Assembly (NCBI GenBank): GCA_964362535.1
Contig: CAYIEN010000001.1
Location: forward strand, 16,271 to 80,270
Source: an uncultured Methanosarcinales archaeon
GTDB lineage: Archaea > Nanobdellota > Nanobdellia > Woesearchaeales > ARS49
Direction: 5' to 3'
DNA length: 64,000 nucleotides
Shown here: positions 1 through 8,961 of the stretch, one piece after another
Layout: every line of letters starts with the position of its first letter
Numbering within the stretch: the first letter of the stretch is position 1
Position numbers and translations under genes: made by a program
Notes under the pieces: model-generated
Seen by the model: only the letters and a program-made list of their open reading frames with translations
Database searches by the model: none
What the model was told of the DNA's origin: nothing

Positions 1-356
1 TTGTTGTTTTCCAAAACAAAAAAACAATCTCGTTTACCCATTTGTTGCGCGCGCTCGGAAAAGCAAAAACATTCTGGACATCCTACGTCGTGTTTCGACA
101 CTTGCGCAACAAAGAATTCATCGTAAAAACTGGATTGAAATTCGGCACTGACTTCCGTGTCTACGCAAAAAATGCTGGACCCAAAGCACACTCCAAATGG
201 CTCGTCATGCCCGTCCGCGAACGAGACAACATTCGCGCAATCGATTTCGCCGCAAAAAACCGCATCGCAAACACAGCCAACAAACACATTCTCCTTGCCA
301 TTGTCGATGACGAAGATGATGTCAGCCTCTGGGACGTTACTTGGCTCAAACAATAG
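1..356 (+). CDS. endA: tRNA-splicing endonuclease EndA, C-terminal catalytic domain; 5' end cut by the window edge
   Basis: The frame is open back to nt 3. GLKFGTDFRVY...HSKWLVMPV...ANKHILLA fits the Tyr/His/Lys catalytic-domain pattern of archaeal tRNA intron endonucleases. Confidence 0.7.
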   Translation, partial: VVFQNKKTISFTHLLRALGKAKTFWTSYVVFRHLRNKEFIVKTGLKFGTDFRVYAKNAGPKAHSKWLVMPVRERDNIRAIDFAAKNRIANTANKHILLAIVDDEDDVSLWDVTWLKQ

Positions 357-398
357 CGCCCAGTAAGCTTTAAATATGCACAATCGCTCAGTTTCTCT

Positions 399-1340
399 AT
401 GAAAAGAGGAGTGTTCAGTATTCTTGCCTTACTTGCGGTATTGCTAGTGTTAGTGGGATGTACTGGCGGTTCGTCTTCAAATCAGCCTCGCGAAAACTGG
501 CGTACTGGTTCTGAAGGACTCTACATTAATTGGCTTACGAATTTACCTCCTCCACGCATTTACGACGACCAACCCGTCGAAGTCGTGCTTGACGTGGAAA
601 ACCGCGGCGCAGCACCCATCGGCGGCTCCGGAGATCGCGTTTATCTTTCCGGCTTTGACCCGAACATAATTACGGGCATCCAAACTTCAGGAGTTTTGCT
701 CCCGCAAATGGACGGCAAAACCTCCTTCGGACCTGGCGGCGTTGGAACCGTTTCTTTTAGCGGCACCATCCGCAAATTAGGATTCCGAAACGTCGACAAA
801 TACACACCTCGCTTACTCGTTACATCCTGCTACGGTTACGAAACACTCGCATCTGATAACGTCTGTGTCGACCCTGACCCCTACACCAGCGGCAACACAC
901 CTAAAGTGTGCACGCCAAATTCTGTCAGCATGGGCGGCAGTCAGGGAGCTCCAGTCACTATCGGACCGGTCGAAATCGAACCAAGCCCTGGACGAACCCG
1001 ATTCAAAATTACCGTGACGAACTCCCACGGCGGCGACCTCTTCAAACCCGGACTCCAAATCCTCGACAAGTGCAGTCCCTACTCCGACGGCGGACTCACC
1101 TACAGCGACCTGAACTCAGTCCAAGTCCAAGACGTCAGCATCGCAGGCATCAGCATCTTGCCATCGTGCAAACCGCTTGACAAAGGATTCTTGCGCTTGA
1201 ACAACGGCCGCGGAGAAATGTACTGCGAATTTGCGAACATTCCGGGCAATGCCGCGTATACAACTCCTATCACGGTCAAAGTAGCATACGGCTACAGAGA
1301 AACACTCACTCGTGACTTGACAATTCTTAGCATTACGTAA
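399..1340 (+). CDS. Secreted lipoprotein, paralog family member A (function unknown)
   Basis: Signal peptide with lipobox LLVLVGC. It shares PPPRIY, NVCVDPD...CTPNSVS..SQGAPVTI and the C-terminal ITVKVAYGY motif with 1408..2340 and 10049..10939. Confidence 0.7.
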   Translation: MKRGVFSILALLAVLLVLVGCTGGSSSNQPRENWRTGSEGLYINWLTNLPPPRIYDDQPVEVVLDVENRGAAPIGGSGDRVYLSGFDPNIITGIQTSGVLLPQMDGKTSFGPGGVGTVSFSGTIRKLGFRNVDKYTPRLLVTSCYGYETLASDNVCVDPDPYTSGNTPKVCTPNSVSMGGSQGAPVTIGPVEIEPSPGRTRFKITVTNSHGGDLFKPGLQILDKCSPYSDGGLTYSDLNSVQVQDVSIAGISILPSCKPLDKGFLRLNNGRGEMYCEFANIPGNAAYTTPITVKVAYGYRETLTRDLTILSIT

Positions 1341-1407
1341 GCAATTTCTCGCCACGAAACATTTAAATAACGCCTTCGCACAAACTTCATTACGAAAGAG
1401 GCCATAC

Positions 1408-2340
1408 ATGAAGAAAATTTCCCTGTTCACCATTCTATTCCTACTTGCAGCATGCACCCCTGGCGGAAACACCGCAGAAGTCCAACAATTTATTGGCGGC
1501 ACCGAAGGACTCACCGCATCCTTTGAAACTAATACTCCTCCAAAAGAAGCATTCGACGGCGGATACGCCCCCTTCGACGTTGTTGTCAAACTTCAAAACA
1601 AAGGCGAAGAAACCGTCAAAGCAGGCGACACAACCGTTCGCATCACTGGCATTCTTGAACCTGAATTCAATCTCAAATCCGGCGACTTGACCAAAAAAGT
1701 AACCGAAGAACTAACCGCAGTCCGCAAAGACGGCACCGGCGCAGTCTTACCTGGCAATCCCTCCTTCGTTGAATTCCTTAACTTCAATCATGTCAGCACC
1801 ATCACGGGAAACGCCCTTGACTTTCCGCTCCGCGCAGATGTCTGCTACAAATACGCAACTCGCGCAAGCACACTCCTGTGTTCGCGAGCCAACATTTTGA
1901 ATCCTGAAGCAAACGGCATCTGCGAAATCGTCGGCGACAAACCAGTCGCCAACTCCGGCGCACCCATCCAAGTTGCGAATGTCAAACAAGCAGGCCGAAG
2001 CGCAAACAGCATCACACTTTCCTTTGATATCACTCACGTTGGCAAAGGCCGAGTGTACGAACAATCCAGTACGTGCGACAAAAGCGCGCGCAAATACGAA
2101 GACAACGTCCTTGTAACCGTCGATACCAAAGTTCCTGGCTTGACTTGCTCACGCCTCGAAACCAAAGGCGATGGCAAAGCATCCGGATTCATCAAAATGT
2201 TCACCAATACTGCTACTGTGACCTGTACACAAACGTTTAGCAACCCGTCCGACGCAGTCGCGCCCATCACTATCAACGTCGGCTATGACTACGAAGAACG
2301 CGCAGAAACAACCGTTACGATCAAGCATTCGGGCGAATGA
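1408..2340 (+). CDS. Secreted lipoprotein, paralog family member B (function unknown)
   Basis: Lipobox FLLAAC. It has GGTEGL...NTPP after the signal, a central Cys-rich segment ending NSGAPIQVANV, and the C-terminal ITINVGYDY motif. Confidence 0.7.
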   Translation: MKKISLFTILFLLAACTPGGNTAEVQQFIGGTEGLTASFETNTPPKEAFDGGYAPFDVVVKLQNKGEETVKAGDTTVRITGILEPEFNLKSGDLTKKVTEELTAVRKDGTGAVLPGNPSFVEFLNFNHVSTITGNALDFPLRADVCYKYATRASTLLCSRANILNPEANGICEIVGDKPVANSGAPIQVANVKQAGRSANSITLSFDITHVGKGRVYEQSSTCDKSARKYEDNVLVTVDTKVPGLTCSRLETKGDGKASGFIKMFTNTATVTCTQTFSNPSDAVAPITINVGYDYEERAETTVTIKHSGE

Positions 2341-2879
2341 AACTTGTTTCTTTAAATGGTCCGCCCGGTGTCGGAAAACTTACGGTTGCGAAAGAACTCT
2401 CAAAACTGACTGGCTACCCCGTTCTTCACAATCATCTCACCCTTGATGTCATTCACGCCTTTCTTTCATTTAAACATCCGCAGTTCTGGAAGATTGTCAG
2501 CAAATTTCGCAAACACGTTTTCAAGATAGCATTGACCTCAGGAATACCTGGTATCATCAAAACGGGAGTGTATGCTCATGGACGCGATGACACGGAGGTC
2601 AAACGAGGGATTACACAAGCAAAAAAGCTCGGTGCCAAAATTTATTTTGTTTGGTTGCACTGCGATCACAAAACATTGCATCGTCGTATTCAAGCACCTT
2701 CGCGTAAGGGCACTAACAAAATAAATACACTTAAGGTATATCTCGAAGTCAACAAAAAACATGACCTTCACAAACCGATGCCATTCGTTCGAAGTTTTGC
2801 ACTTGATAATACACATATTTCTGCAAAAAAAGCAGCCTTACTCATCGTAAAACATTACAAATTACCACACAAAAAGTAG
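2337..2879 (+). CDS. P-loop NTPase / small kinase-like protein
   Basis: Walker A motif LNGPPGVGKLT lies at the extreme N-terminus. The protein is 180 aa. Its ATG overlaps the upstream stop (ATGA). Confidence 0.5.
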   Translation: MKLVSLNGPPGVGKLTVAKELSKLTGYPVLHNHLTLDVIHAFLSFKHPQFWKIVSKFRKHVFKIALTSGIPGIIKTGVYAHGRDDTEVKRGITQAKKLGAKIYFVWLHCDHKTLHRRIQAPSRKGTNKINTLKVYLEVNKKHDLHKPMPFVRSFALDNTHISAKKAALLIVKHYKLPHKK

Positions 2880-2881
2880 TC

Positions 2882-3850
2882 TTATTTTTCTGTCTTTGCC
2901 ATCGCAACATGCGCCAGCAACGCTTCAAGCTGAACGTATTCATCACTGCCTTCGACCATTCTGAACTCGATTTCGCCGCACTTGTCGATGAGCGAAACTC
3001 TTGCGCGGCCAGGCATATCTAACTTCCAAAACTCTGCCTGAAATTGCTTGATGATGTCTAGCCCTGAAAGACCATACTTGAGCATGGTTTCCAAGAGTTT
3101 GCCTCGCGATTCAATGAATTTGTTGTTCAGCGCGAGTTCGAGAATTTCTTTGATTTCCGTCGGATGAGCGACACTCGCCATCGAATAAACGATTGGACCA
3201 GTAATTGCACCTTCAGCAATAGCTGCGCAGCTCTGGAAAATGTTTTCGAGTCGACGACAGTCTCCGCCAGACACCTCATACAGTGCAGTCTTCGCTTCCG
3301 CGTCGACCGTAACCTTTTCCTGTTTCGCAATACCATCAATAATTGCGAATACATCTTCCTTCGGCAATGGCTGGAAACGGAACACAGCACATCTTGATTG
3401 AATAGGGTCAATAATTTTGCTTGAGTAGTTGCAACTCAAAATGAATCGGGTGGTTGCGGCGTAATTCTCCATTGTGCGACGCAACGCTTGCTGCGCATCC
3501 TTGGTCAATGCATCACATTCGTCAAGATAAATAATTTTGAACGGCACATCGCCAATCGCTCGAGTACGGGCGAAGTCCTTTACTTTAACACGAACAACGT
3601 CGATGCCGCGTTCGTCAGACGCATTGAGCTCCAGCACGTTCTCGCGCCAATGCTCGCCAAACAATTTCCTTGCTATGACAAGACTCAACGATGTTTTACC
3701 AACTCCTGCAGGACCTGTAAAGAGCAAATGAGGCATATTACGCTGCTCGATGAACGCTTTTACTTTACGCACAATTTCTTGTTGACCGCGAATGTCAGAA
3801 AATTCTTTAGGACGATACTTCTCTGTCCAAATACTTGTTTCGTCAGACAT
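2882..3850 (-). CDS. rfcS: Replication factor C small subunit
   Basis: WTEKYRP, FTGPAGVGKTS, LDECD and SRC motifs in a 322-aa protein. Confidence 0.9.
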   Translation of the reverse strand: MSDETSIWTEKYRPKEFSDIRGQQEIVRKVKAFIEQRNMPHLLFTGPAGVGKTSLSLVIARKLFGEHWRENVLELNASDERGIDVVRVKVKDFARTRAIGDVPFKIIYLDECDALTKDAQQALRRTMENYAATTRFILSCNYSSKIIDPIQSRCAVFRFQPLPKEDVFAIIDGIAKQEKVTVDAEAKTALYEVSGGDCRRLENIFQSCAAIAEGAITGPIVYSMASVAHPTEIKEILELALNNKFIESRGKLLETMLKYGLSGLDIIKQFQAEFWKLDMPGRARVSLIDKCGEIEFRMVEGSDEYVQLEALLAHVAMAKTEK

Positions 3851-3910
3851 ACGTTCCCCAAGTCAAAACGGAAAGATAAAGATATAAAAAGATTTAGCTA
3901 GTGCAGATTT

Positions 3911-4174
3911 CTACACAATGTCTTCTTCAGCCACGACGACAAAATCGCCGGACGAAATAACCGCGCTGAACGGAATCAGCGCGTTGCCTTCCTTGTCTTT
4001 CTCAAGTTCGAGCTTGTCGACATACGGAGTTCGGTTCTTCAAAACAAGGTGAATCAATTCACCGCTCTTGGTTTCAAAAACAATATCTCCAACTTCGCCA
4101 AAGCGCTTACCCGTTTTACTTACAACGGTCTTACCAATCACTGCTTTCGAGAATTTGCGATCATCTTCAGCCAT
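3911..4174 (-). CDS. PRC-barrel domain protein
   Basis: 87 aa. VIGKTVVSKTGKRFGEVGDIVFETKSGELIHLVL is the typical PRC-barrel pattern. Confidence 0.55.
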   Translation of the reverse strand: MAEDDRKFSKAVIGKTVVSKTGKRFGEVGDIVFETKSGELIHLVLKNRTPYVDKLELEKDKEGNALIPFSAVISSGDFVVVAEEDIV

Positions 4175-4286
4175 TTTACACCATCCTTGAATGTTTCTAT
4201 TATGTAATGGTCAATACTTGGAGTCGTATTTAAACTTTTTGATTGGCCAGAAAAGGTTAATAAAGCCCCGTTCAGCACGACAAGGC

Positions 4287-5318
4287 ATGCCCAAACTCAG
4301 TAAGGAAGAACGCATCCATCTCATCAAGCGAAACCTCCACGAATTAATCGGAGAAGACGAATTACGCACACTTCTTTCCGGCACCAAAACTCCTGTTGTG
4401 TACTTGGGCACAGCGATTACGGGTAAACCGCACATTGGCTATTTCGTCTGGGCAGTCAAAATGACTGATTTGATGAAGGCAGGGTTTACGGTTAAGGTCT
4501 TACTTGCCGATGTTCATGGTGCGCTTGATAATACGCCTTGGGATTTGCTCGAACACCGCTACCACTACTACGAACACGTCATCAAAGGAATGTTCGCAAG
4601 TATTGGCGCTGATTTGACTAAATTGAAGTTTGTCAAAGGAAGCTCGTTCCAATTATCTAAAAATTATCAGCTTGACATGATGAAACTCGCAACGCATGTG
4701 ACCGTCCACGACGCGACAAAGGCAGCTTCTGAAGTCGTTAAACTCGGAGACAGCCCGAAACTCGCAGGCATCATGTACCCACTCATGCAAGCGCTCGACG
4801 AAGAATACCTCGCTGTGGATGCGCAATACGGCGGGGTCGACCAACGCAAGATTCTTGTCTTTGCCCGCGAAAACCTGCCCAAAATCGGCTATAAATCCCG
4901 CATCGAAATGATGACTCCATTGATTCCCGGATTACAAGGACCCGGCGCAAAAATGTCCGCAAGTGTCTCGCACTCAAAAATTGATTTGCTGGATGACGAA
5001 AAGACTGTTAAGGACAAAATAGACAAAGCATACTGCCCCGCAGGCACCGTTGAAGGCAACGGCATCCTTTCATTCGTTAAATACGTACTCATGTCCGCCA
5101 CTGAAGAACCGTTTGTCATCAGCCGACCCGAAAAGTTCGGCGGCAACAAAACATACGGACGCTATGAGGATTTGGAACGCGACTTTGCGGAACAAAAACT
5201 GCATCCGATGGACCTCAAAAATGCCGTAACGAAGCGAATCAACGAATTATTGGTGCCTATTCGTAAAACAATGCATGACAAACAGGATTTGATTAAAGCA
5301 GCATATCCTGACGCATAA
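4287..5318 (+). CDS. tyrS: Tyrosyl-tRNA synthetase (archaeal type)
   Basis: HIGH-type motif GKPHIGY and KMSKS-type motif KMSAS. The start is moved to ATG 4287 (MPKLSKEERI); the track ORF begins at 4191 in non-conserved sequence. Confidence 0.85.
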   Translation: MPKLSKEERIHLIKRNLHELIGEDELRTLLSGTKTPVVYLGTAITGKPHIGYFVWAVKMTDLMKAGFTVKVLLADVHGALDNTPWDLLEHRYHYYEHVIKGMFASIGADLTKLKFVKGSSFQLSKNYQLDMMKLATHVTVHDATKAASEVVKLGDSPKLAGIMYPLMQALDEEYLAVDAQYGGVDQRKILVFARENLPKIGYKSRIEMMTPLIPGLQGPGAKMSASVSHSKIDLLDDEKTVKDKIDKAYCPAGTVEGNGILSFVKYVLMSATEEPFVISRPEKFGGNKTYGRYEDLERDFAEQKLHPMDLKNAVTKRINELLVPIRKTMHDKQDLIKAAYPDA

Positions 5319-5374
5319 ACACACATTCTTGCTTAACAACCTTTAAATACCCTTTTTAACCCCTTTAAACTGGT

Positions 5375-6514
5375 GTGGTAACAAAAGACAACCCCGACAA
5401 AAGCGACGCAGCATTCTATGCCTATATCAACAGTGTTTCAGGCATTGAAGACGAAAACCGCGCGCTCAAAGAACAAACAGAAACACTCGAGCGAGAGCTC
5501 GAAAAGTTCAAACGAACACCCCTTCTCGTCTGCGAAATCAAAGAACTCATCGACAACAAAGCAGTATTACGATTACAAAACGGCAACGAATTCCTCGTTG
5601 AAATCAGCAAAGAATGCGAACCCCTCAAAGCAGGTGATGGAGTTTTGGCCGAGCAGAAAAATCTCACCGTTCTCAAAAAACTCGGATCACCTAAGAAATT
5701 CGACGTCGAAAAATTCGTCGTCATCGACAAACCCACCATCACCTGGGACAACATCGGTGGATTAACCGACCAAGTACGCTCCATCAAAGAAGTCGTTGAA
5801 TTGCCACTCAAAAAACCTCAATTGTTCCGTGACATAGGTATTGTGCCGCCGAAAGGAGTCCTTCTGTTTGGACCGCCAGGCACCGGAAAAACACTTCTCG
5901 CAAAAGCAGTCGCGGCAAGCACCAAAAGCACGTTCATCGAAGTCGTCGGCTCCGAACTCGTTCAGAAATTTATTGGTGAAGGCGCAAAATTAGTCAAAGA
6001 AATGTTCCAGCTCGCCCGCGAAAAAGCACCATCCATAGTGTTTATTGACGAATTGGACTCCATTGCCGCGACTCGCGTTGATGTGGGAACAAGCGGTGAA
6101 CGAGAAGTCCAACGCACCTTCATGCAACTCCTCAGCGAAATCGACGGCTTCGAAGCACTCGACAACGTCAAAATAATTGGCTGCACCAACCGCGAAGATA
6201 TTCTTGATACTGCGATTACTCGACCCGGAAGACTTGATCGTAAAATATTTGTTCCTCTGCCTGAAGCAATCGGTCGCAAAGAAATCTTCAAAATCCACAC
6301 CAAACCCATGAAAATGGACAAGCTTGACATTGATGAACTCGTCAAAAAGACTGAGAATTTCTCTGGCGCCGACATCCAATCAGTCTGCACCGAAGCAGGC
6401 TACGTCGCCATCCGCGAAAACCGAAACAAAGTCACCCAAAAAGACTTCCTTGAAGCGATCACAATCGTCACCGGCAAAACAGCAAACAGCGACTACAAAC
6501 GCATGTTTGGCTAA
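5375..6514 (+). CDS. pan: Proteasome-activating nucleotidase (AAA+ ATPase)
   Basis: N-terminal coiled coil, Walker A GPPGTGKTLLAKAVA, Walker B VFIDELD and a GTG start. Confidence 0.85.
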   Translation: MVTKDNPDKSDAAFYAYINSVSGIEDENRALKEQTETLERELEKFKRTPLLVCEIKELIDNKAVLRLQNGNEFLVEISKECEPLKAGDGVLAEQKNLTVLKKLGSPKKFDVEKFVVIDKPTITWDNIGGLTDQVRSIKEVVELPLKKPQLFRDIGIVPPKGVLLFGPPGTGKTLLAKAVAASTKSTFIEVVGSELVQKFIGEGAKLVKEMFQLAREKAPSIVFIDELDSIAATRVDVGTSGEREVQRTFMQLLSEIDGFEALDNVKIIGCTNREDILDTAITRPGRLDRKIFVPLPEAIGRKEIFKIHTKPMKMDKLDIDELVKKTENFSGADIQSVCTEAGYVAIRENRNKVTQKDFLEAITIVTGKTANSDYKRMFG

Positions 6515-7320
6515 GAAATTCTCACATCAACACAGACACGGAACGCACGCGGCTTGTGCTGACCAACTCTGAAAACACCTTCAACTGCGCATTTTCTTTT
6601 TGCCTTTTTGCACGCTTCAAGAACGGGGTCTGCCGCGGCCGGAAGTGCGTTCTCGTCAGCAAATGCATAAAAGTGAATAGCTGCGTTCTTCTTTGCAACT
6701 TTAATCGCACCAGCAATAAATGCATTTGCGGTCATTGGCAATGGCATAATAATTCGGTCAAACTTTTCCTTTGACTTCGCAAGCCACTTCTTAGCATCGG
6801 CACGAACGGCAGTCACGTTGTTAAGTCTGTTGAGCGCAAGGTTTTCTTTTGCGTACTTGTGACCATTTGGATTGATTTCAACAGCCGTAATGTACTTTGC
6901 CTTTGTGTGCTTGGATAATACGAGCGCGTAGGGCGCAACTCCTGAAAACAAAACAAGAATGTTCTCATTCGGTTTGACTAACTTCGCGATACGCAAACGT
7001 TCCGTGCTTAATCGTGGAGAAAAGTATGCTTTCGCAACATCAACGCGCATGCGCAAACCAGACTCTTTGTGCTCGGTAACTGTTCGGCGTTCGCCCGCCA
7101 AATGAACCATCTTCTGCACGCGGTACGTTCCACCGTGACCGCCGCCTTTTTTGAGGACAACTTTGAAAAACGGATGCAATTGCAAAAATTCTTTGCCGAT
7201 TAACTTCTGCTTTTTTGACAACACTTTAGGAATTTCGAGAATAGCAATGTCACCCACCGAATCAAAGCTCCGCTTCATGAACGCACGGTCATTCTCTGTT
7301 AACGCGGGTGTTTTCGTCAT
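6511..7320 (-). CDS. trm5: tRNA (guanine37-N1)-methyltransferase, Trm5/Taw22-like (Met-10+ family)
   Basis: Class I SAM-methyltransferase core VLFSGVAPYALVLS and DRIIMPLP. Its stop overlaps the pan stop on the opposite strand (CTAA). Confidence 0.7.
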   Translation of the reverse strand: MTKTPALTENDRAFMKRSFDSVGDIAILEIPKVLSKKQKLIGKEFLQLHPFFKVVLKKGGGHGGTYRVQKMVHLAGERRTVTEHKESGLRMRVDVAKAYFSPRLSTERLRIAKLVKPNENILVLFSGVAPYALVLSKHTKAKYITAVEINPNGHKYAKENLALNRLNNVTAVRADAKKWLAKSKEKFDRIIMPLPMTANAFIAGAIKVAKKNAAIHFYAFADENALPAAADPVLEACKKAKRKCAVEGVFRVGQHKPRAFRVCVDVRIS

Positions 7321-8351
7321 TTGAAAAATGTATCCAGCCCTTTCTGGCTTCTTTGAGACGCGGTCGCGTGAAGATCTCCCAACGTCTTTGCGACACGTTC
7401 AGCGTTGAAATCATGCTTGTCAACGAGTAATTTTGTGACTGCTTCGTCATTTACGGAGCTCCATTCCAATTTGTATTTGGTATTTACCGCAGGTTCTTTG
7501 AAGAGTGCAAAAATCTCCTGCCATTCGGTCGCGCAGGAATCATCCCACTCCACCGTCTTGAATAAAGTATCCTTGTCCTTTATTTCGGTAACGAGCTTGA
7601 GTGCCTTCTTCGGCCCAATGCCCTTAATCCCGCCATAATTGTAGTCAGTGCCAACCAGCATAGCCAACGTAATGAGTTGGTCTTGAGAAAGATTGAGCGT
7701 GCTGAGAACAGATTTGAGCTCGATAAGTTCGGGCTTTACCGTAATGAACGCAAGTTGTCCGGGCTTCTTTTTCTTCCCCGTAATCGCAAGATTTCTGAGC
7801 AAACGAGGAGTGCCAAACACCAAACTATCCGCATCTTGGCTTGCTGCCGCCCATACATCACCCTCTTTCGTCAAATACGCAGCCTGCGCCTCACCCTCGC
7901 CCGTGCCTTGTACAACGGGCAAACCCAATGCCTCAACTAACTTGACTGCCTCATCAATCATGTCCTTATTGAGCCTCACCGTGCGCGCAGCATACTTACG
8001 CATAGCGTCTGTGTCTTCCTCTTTCACCGCAACTTTGTATTTTGCTTCAGCTTCTTCCTTTAGCTCAGAACGACGAATTTGTTCGGCCTTTTTCAGCACC
8101 GGAGCCTTCCCGTCAAGCACAAACGACGGCTTAATACCCAACTGCATCAGCTTCGTCGTGCGCGAAAACAGACCGATAAGGTGACTTGTGATGTTGCCTT
8201 TACTGTCCGTCAACGGCGAGCCGTCCGGCTGCCTAATCGTCGCAAGAAATTGATACAAAAAAAGACTCGTGTCAATCGCGACCCGTTTACCCGTAAGATC
8301 AGTCAGCTCAAGCTCGGTCTTCGGGACCAGCTCGAATATCTTGACGCCCAC
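7317..8351 (-). CDS. fen: Flap endonuclease 1
   Basis: MGV..ELVP...L.GKRVAIDTSLFLYQFL N-domain, GEGEAQAAYL I-domain and H3TH motif GTDYN.GIKGIGPKKA. Confidence 0.9.
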   Translation of the reverse strand: MGVKIFELVPKTELELTDLTGKRVAIDTSLFLYQFLATIRQPDGSPLTDSKGNITSHLIGLFSRTTKLMQLGIKPSFVLDGKAPVLKKAEQIRRSELKEEAEAKYKVAVKEEDTDAMRKYAARTVRLNKDMIDEAVKLVEALGLPVVQGTGEGEAQAAYLTKEGDVWAAASQDADSLVFGTPRLLRNLAITGKKKKPGQLAFITVKPELIELKSVLSTLNLSQDQLITLAMLVGTDYNYGGIKGIGPKKALKLVTEIKDKDTLFKTVEWDDSCATEWQEIFALFKEPAVNTKYKLEWSSVNDEAVTKLLVDKHDFNAERVAKTLGDLHATASQRSQKGLDTFFK

Positions 8352-8353
8352 GC

Positions 8354-8950
8354 TTAAACGACCTGAACGTTCAGCTCAATCTCGCCACTAACTGGCTGAT
8401 CGACCTGAATGTAATCTCCCTTATGGAACACGTTCAAGCTGAACACATACGTTCCCTTCGGAGGATTCGCCCCATTCGCAAACTTTGTTGCTTCAATGAC
8501 AACTTCTTGAATGCTCTGGTCATTTGGCTGTAAGACAGTCACGGATAAATCATTCTGCGCAAGCCACGGCGCAACCTGCACCGAAGTCACACCATCAATC
8601 GTGTTCGTTCCTTTATCGTATGCTTTCTTGAACTTCACATCAACCAAAAATTGATCTTTATCCGCAAATCGGTTTGTAAACGCAATACCAAACGTGTGGT
8701 GACTGCCAGGAGTTAATTGCACATACGTCTCGCTCACTGCATACTTCGTGCTTCCCGTGAACACTTCCATCAACTTGTCACGCGTCTCAGCAGTCATTGA
8801 GTAATCAATAACGGGCATAGTTTCCGGCTGCGTCGTAGCGGCAGGAGGAGATGAAAGAGGAGCAATCGGCGCTTCAGGAAGCTTTTGTAAAGCAGGCCCG
8901 CTACATGCCGCGAGCAACAACACAATGAGTAATGCAAATAGTTTTTTCAT
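8354..8950 (-). CDS. Secreted lipoprotein (function unknown)
   Basis: Lipobox LLLAACSG, a Pro-rich linker and a beta-rich C-terminal domain. Confidence 0.6.
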   Translation of the reverse strand: MKKLFALLIVLLLAACSGPALQKLPEAPIAPLSSPPAATTQPETMPVIDYSMTAETRDKLMEVFTGSTKYAVSETYVQLTPGSHHTFGIAFTNRFADKDQFLVDVKFKKAYDKGTNTIDGVTSVQVAPWLAQNDLSVTVLQPNDQSIQEVVIEATKFANGANPPKGTYVFSLNVFHKGDYIQVDQPVSGEIELNVQVV

Positions 8951-8961
8951 GGTATCTCCTC

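Noticed and set aside
4191-4286. Upstream 32 codons of the tyrS track ORF
   Set aside because: The sequence MFLLCNGQYLESYLNFLIGQKRLIKPRSARQG overlaps what looks like the promoter/5' region. Conserved TyrS sequence begins at MPKLSKEERI (ATG 4287).
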